64,000 nt of DNA from Candidatus Ozemobacteraceae bacterium (GTDB taxonomy: Bacteria > Muiribacteriota > Ozemobacteria > Ozemobacterales > Ozemobacteraceae), in the NCBI GenBank assembly GCA_965140445.1, contig OZ223236.1, forward strand, positions 1,760,001 to 1,824,000. The letters are read 5' to 3'. The position numbers were made by a program, and so were the translations under genes. Position 1 is the first letter of the stretch. Each line of letters begins with the position of its first letter. Below the pieces are notes generated by a model. The model was not told the origin of the DNA and did not search any database. It saw only the letters and a list, made by a program, of their open reading frames with translations. Of the stretch, positions 38,534 to 47,962 are shown in pieces.

Positions 38534-39260
38534 CTTTTTTAACCTCATTTTCTTTTGTGGGTGCTCCAGAATAGGATGCTATATCAGTTAACACCTTTTG
38601 CGTTTCATCTACAACCGTTTTTATTGGAACCAATAGCTGAGAGGGTGGTGGTGCAATTGGGATCAATTTTTTGTGCTCCGGGTAACTAGGCATTGAAGCT
38701 ACTTGATCTGTTCCAGAGGCGTTTTCATCCCAGACCCTAATTAAAACCTGTCTGGAAATATTAGCCTCTTTAGTTTGAGTATTGTATCTTAGCCCTATTC
38801 CGCTAATAACAGTGTTTTGTTTCCAGATTGTAACAGGCTCCTGAGTGAAGAGCTCTTTGCGGTTGAAGTAATACCTAAGTTCTGTAGATTTGATTTTTTC
38901 TTTGTCAGTGGTCCAGCCCCTTACGTTGCCCCAAAATTTTGCTTCAAATGGGTTTTTCATTCCACGGTCTGATAGTAAAACGCCAGACCATGTCGCCACA
39001 TCTTTTTTGTAAAATAGAGTTCTGACATTGGAAGCGGTCATATTGTTCTGTGAATCATCCATGTCTACAGAGTCAGCATACATTTTTGCGTGTTTAAAAC
39101 CCATGTCCATTTCGCTGAAATTGACGGAGTGCATGAGCATTCTATGCTTTACATATGTGTTCTTTACGCTGTCTTCAATTTTGTCGTCCCAAAGGATTAT
39201 TCCTATAAATACTATTAGAATGCCAATCCAAACCCAATAGCTTAAAAGATATTTTTTCAT
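38523..39260 (-). CDS. lptC: LPS export periplasmic protein LptC
   Basis: N-terminal TM; GNVRGWTTDKEKIKSTELRY...TQEPVTI...ISGIGLRYN beta-jellyroll; context. Confidence 0.8.
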   Translation of the reverse strand: MKKYLLSYWVWIGILIVFIGIILWDDKIEDSVKNTYVKHRMLMHSVNFSEMDMGFKHAKMYADSVDMDDSQNNMTASNVRTLFYKKDVATWSGVLLSDRGMKNPFEAKFWGNVRGWTTDKEKIKSTELRYYFNRKELFTQEPVTIWKQNTVISGIGLRYNTQTKEANISRQVLIRVWDENASGTDQVASMPSYPEHKKLIPIAPPPSQLLVPIKTVVDETQKVLTDIASYSGAPTKENEVKKAHD

Positions 39261-40141
39261 TTAACTCTCCCAAGCTCTGAATGGGCATATCGCTCATGAA
39301 ACCAGCACCAAAGATCGGGTCTTTTTCGGAAAGCGTTCTCGTATCGTTCAACATATTTTCGAATTCTTTCTACCATGGTTTCACCTTTTCGCCATTCTAT
39401 GGGTTTTTCAAACCTTATGGTTAGCTTACCATTTGAAGATCTTTCTGTGAATGAAGGAATAATTGGAGCTTTTCCCCGCAGGGACAAAATGACCGGGGCA
39501 TTGTAAAAAGATGCTTTTTTTCCAAAAAAATCAACTTGATACCCCCATTCTCTGGCGTTTAGATCAGAGAGCATTCCAATGCATTCCCCTTTGTTTAATC
39601 TTTTGATGGACTCAATAATGTTATTTTTCATAATGACCTGGACGCCTCGTCGTTCTCTGAAGCCATTCATGAATTCCGTCATCTGATTAACTGCTTGAGG
39701 TCTGGCAACAACGTTCATTTTGTATCCCATCTTAGACAGAGTGTAACCGATGATTTCCCAGTTGCAGAAATGTGCACTTAAAATAATAAATCGCCCATGT
39801 TTTTGGTAGGTTGATTCGATGTTTTCAAGCCCTTCGATGTTAATAAAATCTTTGTTATGGGCAAGGAGCTTTTCATAAAAAAAGACTTCCAGGATTGTTG
39901 AAATCTGATTTTCTGCCATTTTGGCGATGATTTTTTCTCTGTTTTTTTGAAACTCTTCTGGGAGAAGTCTTCTTGCTGCTTCAATCTCTTTTTTAAAGAT
40001 CCTAGGAAAAATTTTCATTAACAATCTTTTAATGCGAGGAACACTCTGGGCGGAGAGTTTGGTCATCCAGGTTACCAGAGCCTTTAGAAAATATGAGCGT
40101 AATTGCCTTTTTAAATTTTTTAGGCGATCTTTGAAAGTCAT
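39257..40141 (-). CDS. lipid A late acyltransferase (LpxL/HtrB family)
   Basis: LSAHFCNWE, GMLSD, VDFFG, RPDLWCWFHERY. Confidence 0.88.
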   Translation of the reverse strand: MTFKDRLKNLKRQLRSYFLKALVTWMTKLSAQSVPRIKRLLMKIFPRIFKKEIEAARRLLPEEFQKNREKIIAKMAENQISTILEVFFYEKLLAHNKDFINIEGLENIESTYQKHGRFIILSAHFCNWEIIGYTLSKMGYKMNVVARPQAVNQMTEFMNGFRERRGVQVIMKNNIIESIKRLNKGECIGMLSDLNAREWGYQVDFFGKKASFYNAPVILSLRGKAPIIPSFTERSSNGKLTIRFEKPIEWRKGETMVERIRKYVERYENAFRKRPDLWCWFHERYAHSELGRVK

Positions 40142-40143
40142 TT

Positions 40144-40704
40144 TTACCCGTCGATTATATCTTGAATCAGTTGTTTATAAAGCCCTTTGCTTTTTAAAAG
40201 AATTTCAACAACTTCTCGAATAACACCTTCCCCACCAACTGCTTCAAGTTGGTAATCAACATATTTTTCTATGGATTTGTGGTGATTTGCAGGGGCGAAA
40301 AAAATCCCAACTCTTGTTCCAACAGGCAAATCATTAATGTCGTCACCGATATAGGCTATTTCATCTGCAGAAATTTTATGTTTTTTTATTATTTCTTCTA
40401 GTGTTTTTCCTTTTTCGGAAATTCCTTGGTGAAGTTCGTCAAAGCTTAATTCTTTCGCTCTTTTTTGGAGTGCTTCGGAAGATCTGCCAGTAATTGATCC
40501 ACATAAAAAGCCCGCTTTGTGCCAGATTTTGATTCCCATTCCGTCGGTAGTAGAAAAACATTTGCACTCCATGCCGTTACTGCCAAGGATTATTCGTCCA
40601 TCAGTCAAAACTCCGTCGCAGTCAAACAGGAGCATTTTTATTTTTTTGCATGAATTTTTAAACGAAATCGAGTCGAGTTTTGCTTTGGCCATTCTTAGGA
40701 TCAT
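40144..40704 (-). CDS. kdsC: KDO 8-phosphate phosphatase
   Basis: FDCDGVLTDG, DGMGI, ITGR, YIGDDINDL, GGEGVIRE. Confidence 0.93.
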   Translation of the reverse strand: MILRMAKAKLDSISFKNSCKKIKMLLFDCDGVLTDGRIILGSNGMECKCFSTTDGMGIKIWHKAGFLCGSITGRSSEALQKRAKELSFDELHQGISEKGKTLEEIIKKHKISADEIAYIGDDINDLPVGTRVGIFFAPANHHKSIEKYVDYQLEAVGGEGVIREVVEILLKSKGLYKQLIQDIIDG

Positions 40705-40871
40705 TCTCCATAGGGATTTTTTGGTTTTTTCTCAGTCTATAGGTATAACAAATATTGGTGAGCAAGTAAACTTTGGGAATTTTTGATTTAAGAGTTAAGA
40801 AAAAATAAAAGGCTGGATGGTGTTTAACAGAATTTTTCCTAAAAACAATGTACCAAACTTGTAGAAAAATT

Positions 40872-40900
40872 TTGTCCAATTAACACAAATATGCTATACT
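40872..40900 (+). promoter_or_regulatory. sigma70 promoter immediately before the wecA-like gene
   Basis: TTGTCC-N17-TATACT with TG extension. Confidence 0.65.
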
Positions 40901-40909
40901 CCGAGAACT

Positions 40910-41962
40910 TTGAAACAGGTCATATTACCATTTATAGTGTCTTGGATAGCGGGGCTTTTACTAGTCCCCCTAGTCAGGAAAGTTGCTTTAAGACTGGGTC
41001 TTGTGGATCGGCCGGGCGAAAGAAAAATTCATAGCTCACCAATTCCGAGGGTTGGTGGCGTTGCGCTGTACATGGCAAGTATTCTGGGAGTCCTTCCTTT
41101 CTGGATAGAGAACCCAAAAACGGTTGGGCTTCTGGTTGCTGGAACCATTGTTTTTTTTATTGGTTTATTGGACGACTTGATCGATCTTTCACCAAAAGTA
41201 AAATTGGCTGGGCAAATTTTAGCTTGCTGCGCGTTGTTTTATTTTGGAATTAAGATTGATTTTGTTACGGACTTTATTTCAGGTGAAGGTGTTGTTGCTC
41301 TAGGCCTTCTAACTTATCCAATAACGCTTTTTTGGGTGATCGGACTTACTAATACTGTTAATCTTGTAGACGGAGTTGATGGTTTGGCTGGGGGGATTGT
41401 CTTCATTGCCTTGGGAACGTTGCTTTCAGTGCGGCTGGTTACCCCCATGGTTCAAGAGGTTGAAATGATGCAAAACGTATTAGTTCTTAGTGCATCTATC
41501 ATGGGATCGCTTTTTGCTTTTTTGAGATATAATGTTTTTCCAGCTTCAATTTTTATGGGAGATTCAGGAGCATATTTTCTTGGGTTTATGACAGCGGCTG
41601 TATCTGTTGCTGGAGCAGCTAAGGATTCAGTCCTTTTTCCTTTAACTGTACCTCTTATAGCGTTTGGTCTTCCTGTTTTAGATGTTGTATTCGCCATTTT
41701 GAGGCGATACTTTAAGCGTGTTCCAATTTTTCAAGCGGATAAGGGGCATTTACATCACAGACTTTTGCAAAAAGGGTTTTCGCAAAAAGAAACCACCAGA
41801 TTTCTATGGATGGTTTCAACCTGCTTTGGCTTTATTGCACTATTGTCCTCAAATATAGCTCACAAAGGAATTCATTCTTTTGCTGCTATTTGTTTGGTGA
41901 TAATGATATGTTTGTGCATACTTTTCTTTTTAAACAAAGGTAATGGAAAAAAACAACGTTAG
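40910..41962 (+). CDS. undecaprenyl-phosphate GlcNAc-1-P transferase (WecA/TagO)
   Basis: DRPGERKIH..PIPRVGG, GLLDD, NTVNLVDGVDGLA, FMGDSG, DKGHLHHRL. Confidence 0.92.
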   Translation: MKQVILPFIVSWIAGLLLVPLVRKVALRLGLVDRPGERKIHSSPIPRVGGVALYMASILGVLPFWIENPKTVGLLVAGTIVFFIGLLDDLIDLSPKVKLAGQILACCALFYFGIKIDFVTDFISGEGVVALGLLTYPITLFWVIGLTNTVNLVDGVDGLAGGIVFIALGTLLSVRLVTPMVQEVEMMQNVLVLSASIMGSLFAFLRYNVFPASIFMGDSGAYFLGFMTAAVSVAGAAKDSVLFPLTVPLIAFGLPVLDVVFAILRRYFKRVPIFQADKGHLHHRLLQKGFSQKETTRFLWMVSTCFGFIALLSSNIAHKGIHSFAAICLVIMICLCILFFLNKGNGKKQR

Positions 41963-43244
41963 GTTTTCCTCTGTATTACTGCAGGATTCTGCAATAAAAC
42001 AACTCGTTTCTTCTTACTTAAAGGGGCGTGTTGCACAGTCGTATTTGTTCGTTGGTGAGGAATCCATTGGCAAAAGCCTGGTTGCGGTCAGTTTTGCTGC
42101 GTTTTTGCAATGTGAGGAAAACCGAACGTCTGATTCCGTTGAGGCCTGTGGAGTTTGCGAGTCTTGTCGGCGCGTAGCGAGTGGCAGTCATCCGGATGTT
42201 GAAGTTGTGACTCCTGTCGGTAATGAGATTAGAATTGACCAGGTGAGAGAAATGCAGGCGCAGGCATTTTTGAAACCGAATATGGGGAACTGGAGGATTT
42301 TCATTTTAAATCCTGCAGATCGCTTAAACTTGTCTTCAGCTAATAGCTTATTAAAAATTCTAGAAGAAGCTCCATCGCATGTAATTTTTATTTTGCTCGC
42401 GAAAGATACTGGGAGTGTTATTCCGACAGTTTTAAGTCGCTGTGAATTAATTCGTTTTCAAACTCCTTCTTATGCAGATTCAAGGGAAGCTTTACGAGAA
42501 AATTTTAGCTTCGATCTGTTTACTGCAGCTCAAGCTTTATCCTTAGCTGGAGGAAAACTTGGACAAGCAATTGCCTTGTGTAAGAATTATGAAAAAATAA
42601 TTTTGCCCCAAGGGCTTCGTGAAAGCCATACAAAATTTTTAAATGATATCGAAGCATACTCTGAAACTCTTCAGGAGGCCTTAGAAAAATGTGAAACATT
42701 GGAAGAGGGTTTGAAATCTCTTGACGAGATTAGCAGAGATTCTTTTTATCCTCTGAAAGTTTCCAGAAAGGCTTTTTGCCGATCTTATATCTTGCAGGCT
42801 GATATCCCTGCAGCTTTTCCATTGTTATTTTCTGATGCTTTTATGGAAAGAATTGAGTTTGCAAGAAAAAAAATCAAGAAGCATTTTGATGGGATTGTTT
42901 CAGATTCTAAGGCTTCTTATCAATCTGCGATGCTTAAAGAAGCGGAATCTGTTTTTTCAGCATGCATAAATTCGTGGGTTCAATCTCAAATTTTTGATTT
43001 GTTTTCATGCTTTGAGAGCTTCTACGAGGACGCAATCAGGTGGTCTTGCTGTGAAGATGAAACATTGCTGTTGAACCTTGACCAGAAAGAAGATATTATT
43101 ACACTCTCGAAAGTTGAAGATATTGTTTTACTAAACCGCAGAATCTCTTTATTGAATGAGAGCGCTGGGTTATTAAAACGGCATATTCAACCTATGTTTA
43201 TACTTGAAAACGTTTTAACGCAGATCGGAGGGCTTGCCGCATGA
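41943..43244 (+). CDS. holB: DNA polymerase III delta-prime subunit
   Basis: YLFVGEESIGK, CGVCESC zinc motif, HPDV, IRIDQVR, ANSLLKILEE, PTVLSRC; upstream of yaaT. Confidence 0.88.
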   Translation: MEKNNVRFSSVLLQDSAIKQLVSSYLKGRVAQSYLFVGEESIGKSLVAVSFAAFLQCEENRTSDSVEACGVCESCRRVASGSHPDVEVVTPVGNEIRIDQVREMQAQAFLKPNMGNWRIFILNPADRLNLSSANSLLKILEEAPSHVIFILLAKDTGSVIPTVLSRCELIRFQTPSYADSREALRENFSFDLFTAAQALSLAGGKLGQAIALCKNYEKIILPQGLRESHTKFLNDIEAYSETLQEALEKCETLEEGLKSLDEISRDSFYPLKVSRKAFCRSYILQADIPAAFPLLFSDAFMERIEFARKKIKKHFDGIVSDSKASYQSAMLKEAESVFSACINSWVQSQIFDLFSCFESFYEDAIRWSCCEDETLLLNLDQKEDIITLSKVEDIVLLNRRISLLNESAGLLKRHIQPMFILENVLTQIGGLAA

Positions 43245-44335
43245 GTCAATATGTTGCCTTGAGGCTGCGAAAACTACCATTGGTTAGCTGGGTAAGTGTT
43301 GAAGACACTGATCTTGAATTGACAGAAAAAGTTCTGGTCAAGACTCAGCATGGTGTTGAGCTTGCAACTGTATTAAAAAAGTCTGAGGACATGCCAGAAA
43401 AAACTGGAGATGAGTCAGAGGGCTTTGTTTCAGAGATAATTGGTCGTTTAAGTAAGGAAGACAAAGAAAAGCTTTCTGAAATTGCTGCCAAAGAAAAAGA
43501 TGCTTTTATTAAAGCCAGACAAAAGATTGAAGAGCATAATCTAAGTATGAAGCTCTTGAAGGCCGAGTTTTTGTTTGATTTCAGCCGAGTTGTTTTTTAT
43601 TTTAAGTCGGATAGCAAAGTTGACTTTAGAGAGCTTCTTAAAAGTCTTGCTTCTGAGTTTAAAACAAGAATTGAGCTCAGGCAGATTGGAGTCAGAGATG
43701 AGGCTAAATTGCTTGGTGGGATCGGCTGCTGCGGGAAAGAAGTTTGTTGTGCCCAATTTATGAGCACTTTTTATCCTGTTTCGACCAAGATGGCAAAAGA
43801 GCAGAATTTGAGTTTAAATCCAGCTAAACTATCTGGAATTTGTGGGCGGCTGTTGTGTTGCCTTGCACATGAACACGAATACTATGCGTCTTTTCATGGA
43901 AAATATCCTAAGATTAGCGCTGAAGTTGTTATCGGTGGTGAAACAGCAAGGGTAATGGATATAAACTACATAACTCAAAAAATGCTTCTTGGCTACGCAG
44001 ATAGGCGAAAGGCATATTTTGATCTTGAAGTTGTAAAAGGAAGGAAAGATTCTGTAACTGGAAGGAATTTGTGGTGGATTCAGTTGCCAGGTGAAGAAGA
44101 ACCGGATCTGAGCATTTTGCTTAAGAATCTTAATCCTCCTGGATCAGGTAAGAAGAAAAAGAAATCAGATGGACCCAAAAAGGTGAGCAAAGACTCCAGA
44201 AATGATAAGAATCCTGATTCTGATCATTCAGAAAAACGCTCCCCAGAAGTTAGGCCAGAAAAGACTCAGGACAGAAAACCAGTTGTTTCCGATAAAAAAA
44301 TATCAGATTCTCAACCAGAAGACGAGAATTCATGA
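43241..44335 (+). CDS. yaaT: PSP1-domain protein (YaaT/RicT)
   Basis: VDFREL, TRIELRQIGVRDEAK, GCCGKEVCC, MAKEQNLSLNPAKLSGICGRLLCCL. Confidence 0.92.
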   Translation: MSQYVALRLRKLPLVSWVSVEDTDLELTEKVLVKTQHGVELATVLKKSEDMPEKTGDESEGFVSEIIGRLSKEDKEKLSEIAAKEKDAFIKARQKIEEHNLSMKLLKAEFLFDFSRVVFYFKSDSKVDFRELLKSLASEFKTRIELRQIGVRDEAKLLGGIGCCGKEVCCAQFMSTFYPVSTKMAKEQNLSLNPAKLSGICGRLLCCLAHEHEYYASFHGKYPKISAEVVIGGETARVMDINYITQKMLLGYADRRKAYFDLEVVKGRKDSVTGRNLWWIQLPGEEEPDLSILLKNLNPPGSGKKKKKSDGPKKVSKDSRNDKNPDSDHSEKRSPEVRPEKTQDRKPVVSDKKISDSQPEDENS

Positions 44336-44341
44336 TATAAT
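44333..44341 (+). promoter_or_regulatory. candidate extended -10 promoter for the lipid A operon
   Basis: TGATATAAT overlapping the yaaT stop, 65 nt before lpxI. Confidence 0.4.
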
Positions 44342-44405
44342 CCAACCACTCATTCCCGGTTCAATTTTGAAGTTTTATTGTTGAACGGAAAAGCGAGGGA
44401 GTATT

Positions 44406-45206
44406 GTGTCGCGTATAGGACTAATTGCAGGAAATGGAAGATTCCCATTGTATTTTGCCGATTCTGCCCGAAAAGGCGGAAACGAGGTGGTTGCGGTTGC
44501 AATTCGAGAAGAAACCAACCCTGAACTAGAGAAACTGGTTGACCAGATTCATTGGTTTCATGTTGGTGAACTTCAAGGAATGATTGATTTCTTTTTAAAA
44601 ATGGAAGTTGATCGTATTGTAATGGCAGGAAAAATCACAAAAACTCTCATGTTTGAGAAAATCAGACCTGATGCTCGTTTGATGAAAGTTTTTGAGAAAA
44701 CACCCGTAAGAAATGATGATGCATTGCTAAAAGCTTTAGCCAATGAATTTATTTCTGAAGGGATTCATGTTTGTGATTCCACAACGTTTCTGACCTCTCT
44801 GTTACCGGAGAAGGGCATTTTAACCAAAAGACATCCAACGGACGATGAATTGCTGGATATCAATTATGGCCACGACATTGCAAAAAAAATTGCAGGCCTG
44901 GACATTGGTATGACAGTTGTGGTCAAAAACCGCGCTATCCTTGCGGTTGAAGCTATTGAAGGGACCGATCAGGCGATTCTTCGTGGCGGCCAGCTTGGAA
45001 ATGGCTCTGTTACGGTTGTAAAAGTCGCCAGACCCGTTCAGGATATGCGGTTTGATCTGCCTGTCGTTGGGTTAGATACGATTAGAACTCTTATTGAGGC
45101 TAAAGCTTGTTGTCTCGCATTTGAAGAAAAGAAAACCCTTCTTCTTGATCGCGAAGAGCTTATTGAGCTCGCTGATGACAATGGCTTAGCGATAATGGTT
45201 GTTTGA
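44406..45206 (+). CDS. lpxI: UDP-2,3-diacylglucosamine diphosphatase LpxI
   Basis: IGLIAGNGRFP, MAGKI, DDALL, LDIGMTVVV, AVEAIEGTD, QDMRFDLPVVG. Confidence 0.93.
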   Translation: MSRIGLIAGNGRFPLYFADSARKGGNEVVAVAIREETNPELEKLVDQIHWFHVGELQGMIDFFLKMEVDRIVMAGKITKTLMFEKIRPDARLMKVFEKTPVRNDDALLKALANEFISEGIHVCDSTTFLTSLLPEKGILTKRHPTDDELLDINYGHDIAKKIAGLDIGMTVVVKNRAILAVEAIEGTDQAILRGGQLGNGSVTVVKVARPVQDMRFDLPVVGLDTIRTLIEAKACCLAFEEKKTLLLDREELIELADDNGLAIMVV

Positions 45207-45246
45207 TTAGTTGGTATTTTTCTGACTAATTTTCATGGGAGTCGTT

Positions 45247-46191
45247 ATGGAAAAAGGTATCGTTAAAGTTGGTGTGATTGGTGTTGGGCATTTAGGTCAG
45301 CATCATGCAAGAATTCTGGCTGAAATGAGCGGTGCTGAGCTTGTCGGTGTTTCAGATATAAATGAAGAAGCCGGAAAGCAAATCGCCGATAAATTTGGTG
45401 TAGAATACTATAAGGATTATAAAGAGCTTGCTGGAAAAGTTAGCGCTGTGTCGATAGTTGTTCCGACATTTTTGCATCATGATGTCGCCAGGTTTTTTCT
45501 TGAAAGAAATGTTCATACTTTCATAGAAAAGCCGATTACTAAGACACTGGAAGAGGCAAATGATCTTGTGTCTCTGGCAGGAGAAAAGCAGCTGACTTTG
45601 CAGGTTGGTCATGTAGAAAGATTTAATGCTGCAATGCTTAAGCTACAATCTCTATGTGAAACTCCACGTTTTATTGAATGTCAGAGAATGGGACCTTTTT
45701 CTCCAAGAATTCAGGATGTTGGCGTTGTCCAGGATCTAATGATTCACGACATTGATATTGTTCTGTCTCTTGTTCCTTCTCCAATTAAAAGAATTGATGC
45801 GGTTGGTATTCCTGTTTTGACCGAAAATGAAGATATTGCAAATGCTCACATTGTTTTTGAAAATGGGTGTATTGCAAATTTGACCGCTTCACGAATCAGT
45901 GATGAGAGAATTAGAAAACTCAGAATTTTTGAGTTGGATAAATACTGCTCATTGGATTATGCCGATCAGGCAATAACTCTAAGACGAAAATCTAATCTTG
46001 AAGAAAAGATTATTAAAGAGGAATTGGAAGTTCATAAGGCTGAACCACTCAGATTGGAACTTGAGCATTTCGTCAACTGCATTCAAACGAAGAAAAAACC
46101 GCTTGTAACAATCGAAGATGGAAAAAATGCCCTGGAAGTAGCTTTGGAAATCCTTGAGCAAATTAAACATAATCGAAACGCATTGGGATAG
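45247..46191 (+). CDS. Gfo/Idh/MocA oxidoreductase, GnnA-like (UDP-GlcNAc 3-dehydrogenase)
   Basis: GVIGVGHLGQHHAR, IEKPI, QVGHVERFN, DLMIHDID, ANLTASR; between lpxI and lpxB. Confidence 0.8.
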   Translation: MEKGIVKVGVIGVGHLGQHHARILAEMSGAELVGVSDINEEAGKQIADKFGVEYYKDYKELAGKVSAVSIVVPTFLHHDVARFFLERNVHTFIEKPITKTLEEANDLVSLAGEKQLTLQVGHVERFNAAMLKLQSLCETPRFIECQRMGPFSPRIQDVGVVQDLMIHDIDIVLSLVPSPIKRIDAVGIPVLTENEDIANAHIVFENGCIANLTASRISDERIRKLRIFELDKYCSLDYADQAITLRRKSNLEEKIIKEELEVHKAEPLRLELEHFVNCIQTKKKPLVTIEDGKNALEVALEILEQIKHNRNALG

Positions 46192-46209
46192 CAGTTTTAA
46201 GGATAATTA

Positions 46210-46809
46210 ATGAATTTTCTCCAGAAGATAGGTGGAGTTTTTTTTAAATTTCGCGACAAATTACCAGTCCCATTGGTTCTGGCTATGGTTTATTGTTCCA
46301 GGCCAAAAAAATGGAGCTGGATAGCTGGCCTGCCTTTTATCGTATTGGGAGAAAGCCTGAGAGTATGGGGACTTATGCATATTGGCCCAACAACCAGAAC
46401 CAGAGATATTTGTGCAGATAAACTAGTAACTTCGGGACCATATTCTCATTGTAGAAACCCCTTATATTTTGCTAATGTTCTTAAAATATTTGGGATTTTA
46501 ATTGTTTCTGGAAATTTCTATTACGCGATAATTACATTAGCTTTTTACGCAATAGAATTTGTTACGATGATTCCATTTGAGGAGAACTTTCTTGCTGAAA
46601 AGTTCTCTGAGGCACATAAAGCATATAGGGCCGAGGTTCCAGCTTTTTTCCCAACAGCCAGGCCAAATGCGAAGTTTAATGAACCACCTTCTTTTTCTTT
46701 GATGGAAAGCTTAAAGTCAGAAAAGAAAACATTTGCTTCTACTGGAGCAATATTGTTTCTTTTGGCTTTGATCCAGCTTTTCCGCAAGGAGGAAACTGTT
46801 GGTAAATAG
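46210..46809 (+). CDS. ICMT/PEMT-family membrane methyltransferase, LmtA-like
   Basis: LGESLRVWG, LVTSGPYSHCRNPLY, EENFLAEKF..Y...VPAFFP; inside the lipid A operon, overlapping lpxB. Confidence 0.8.
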   Translation: MNFLQKIGGVFFKFRDKLPVPLVLAMVYCSRPKKWSWIAGLPFIVLGESLRVWGLMHIGPTTRTRDICADKLVTSGPYSHCRNPLYFANVLKIFGILIVSGNFYYAIITLAFYAIEFVTMIPFEENFLAEKFSEAHKAYRAEVPAFFPTARPNAKFNEPPSFSLMESLKSEKKTFASTGAILFLLALIQLFRKEETVGK

Positions 46810-47962
46810 ATCTGAAAACAAAAGAATCTTTTTTCTAGCAGGGGAACAGAGCGGTGATCTTCATGGTTCGCTTGTAATTTCTCACTTGAAAAAACTTATT
46901 CCAGATCTTTCGGTTGAAGGAATTGGCGGTCCCATGATGAAAGAAGCTGGTATGAATTGTATTCATAGCAGTGATGAGCTTGCGGTAATTGGTTTTGTGG
47001 AAGTTTTAAAAAATTTGCGTCATCTTTATTCGATATTGGCTGACGTTAAGAAAAGATTTGAAACCAATAGGCCGGATATGGTTGTGTTAATTGACTATCC
47101 AGGCTTTAATCAGCGAGTTGCTGAAATTGCTCGCGAGATGGGCATTCATGTTTTGTATTATATTTGTCCACAGGTTTGGGCCTGGAATTCAGGGCGAGTA
47201 AAAAAATTCACAAAACTGATTAATGAAGCTGTGGTTGTTTTTCCTTTTGAAGTAGATATATGGAAAAATGCTGGTGCAGAAGTAAACTGGTTTGGACACC
47301 CACTTATTGGGACAGCCGAACCTAACTCTTCCCCTGAGGAATTGAAACGAGAGTTAAATTTGACTTCGGATGAAACAATTGTAAGCATCCTTCCTGGTAG
47401 CAGAAGTCAGGAGATTTACTATATTTTCCCTGTCTTACTTGATGCAGCTGAGTTAATACTCAAAGAAAAGCCAAACACAAGATTCTTGTTGCCAGTAGCT
47501 ACTACTATTGATGATGAAAAAATTCTTAGCCATCTAAAGGGAAGAAATCTCCCGATTACCATGCTTCGGGGACAAACATACGATGCCGTTTCTATTTCAG
47601 ATTTGTGTATGGTCGCTTCCGGAACTGCAACTCTTGAAACGGCAATTCTAGGCACGCCCATGGCTATTGTCTATAAAGTGAATTGGCTAACATCACTAAT
47701 TTCGAAATTTGTAATTCAAGCGCAGCATATTGGACTTCCAAATGTTATTGCTGGAAAAAGAATTGTCCCTGAATTTATTCGTGGTGATTTCAAACCTGCA
47801 AAAATTGCTGCCGGGGTAATCGAGATTCTAAATTCCCCAGAAAAAAGAAAAAAGATTCGTGAGGCACTAAAATTGGTCAAAGATAGCTTGGGCCAGCCTG
47901 GAGCAAGCGTTAGAGTTGCCGAACACATAGCCAATAGGCTCGAGGAAATCTCCAGTAAATAA
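46799..47962 (+). CDS. lpxB: lipid A disaccharide synthase (canonical copy)
   Basis: AGEQSGDLHG, IDYPGFN, YYICPQVWAW, GHPL, LPGSRSQE, ASGTATLE, IGLPN. Confidence 0.95.
   Translation: MVNRSENKRIFFLAGEQSGDLHGSLVISHLKKLIPDLSVEGIGGPMMKEAGMNCIHSSDELAVIGFVEVLKNLRHLYSILADVKKRFETNRPDMVVLIDYPGFNQRVAEIAREMGIHVLYYICPQVWAWNSGRVKKFTKLINEAVVVFPFEVDIWKNAGAEVNWFGHPLIGTAEPNSSPEELKRELNLTSDETIVSILPGSRSQEIYYIFPVLLDAAELILKEKPNTRFLLPVATTIDDEKILSHLKGRNLPITMLRGQTYDAVSISDLCMVASGTATLETAILGTPMAIVYKVNWLTSLISKFVIQAQHIGLPNVIAGKRIVPEFIRGDFKPAKIAAGVIEILNSPEKRKKIREALKLVKDSLGQPGASVRVAEHIANRLEEISSK

Noticed and set aside
40658..40879. 73-aa ORF in the kdsC/wecA divergent gap
   Set aside because: AT-rich promoter region, no motif, overlaps kdsC out of frame
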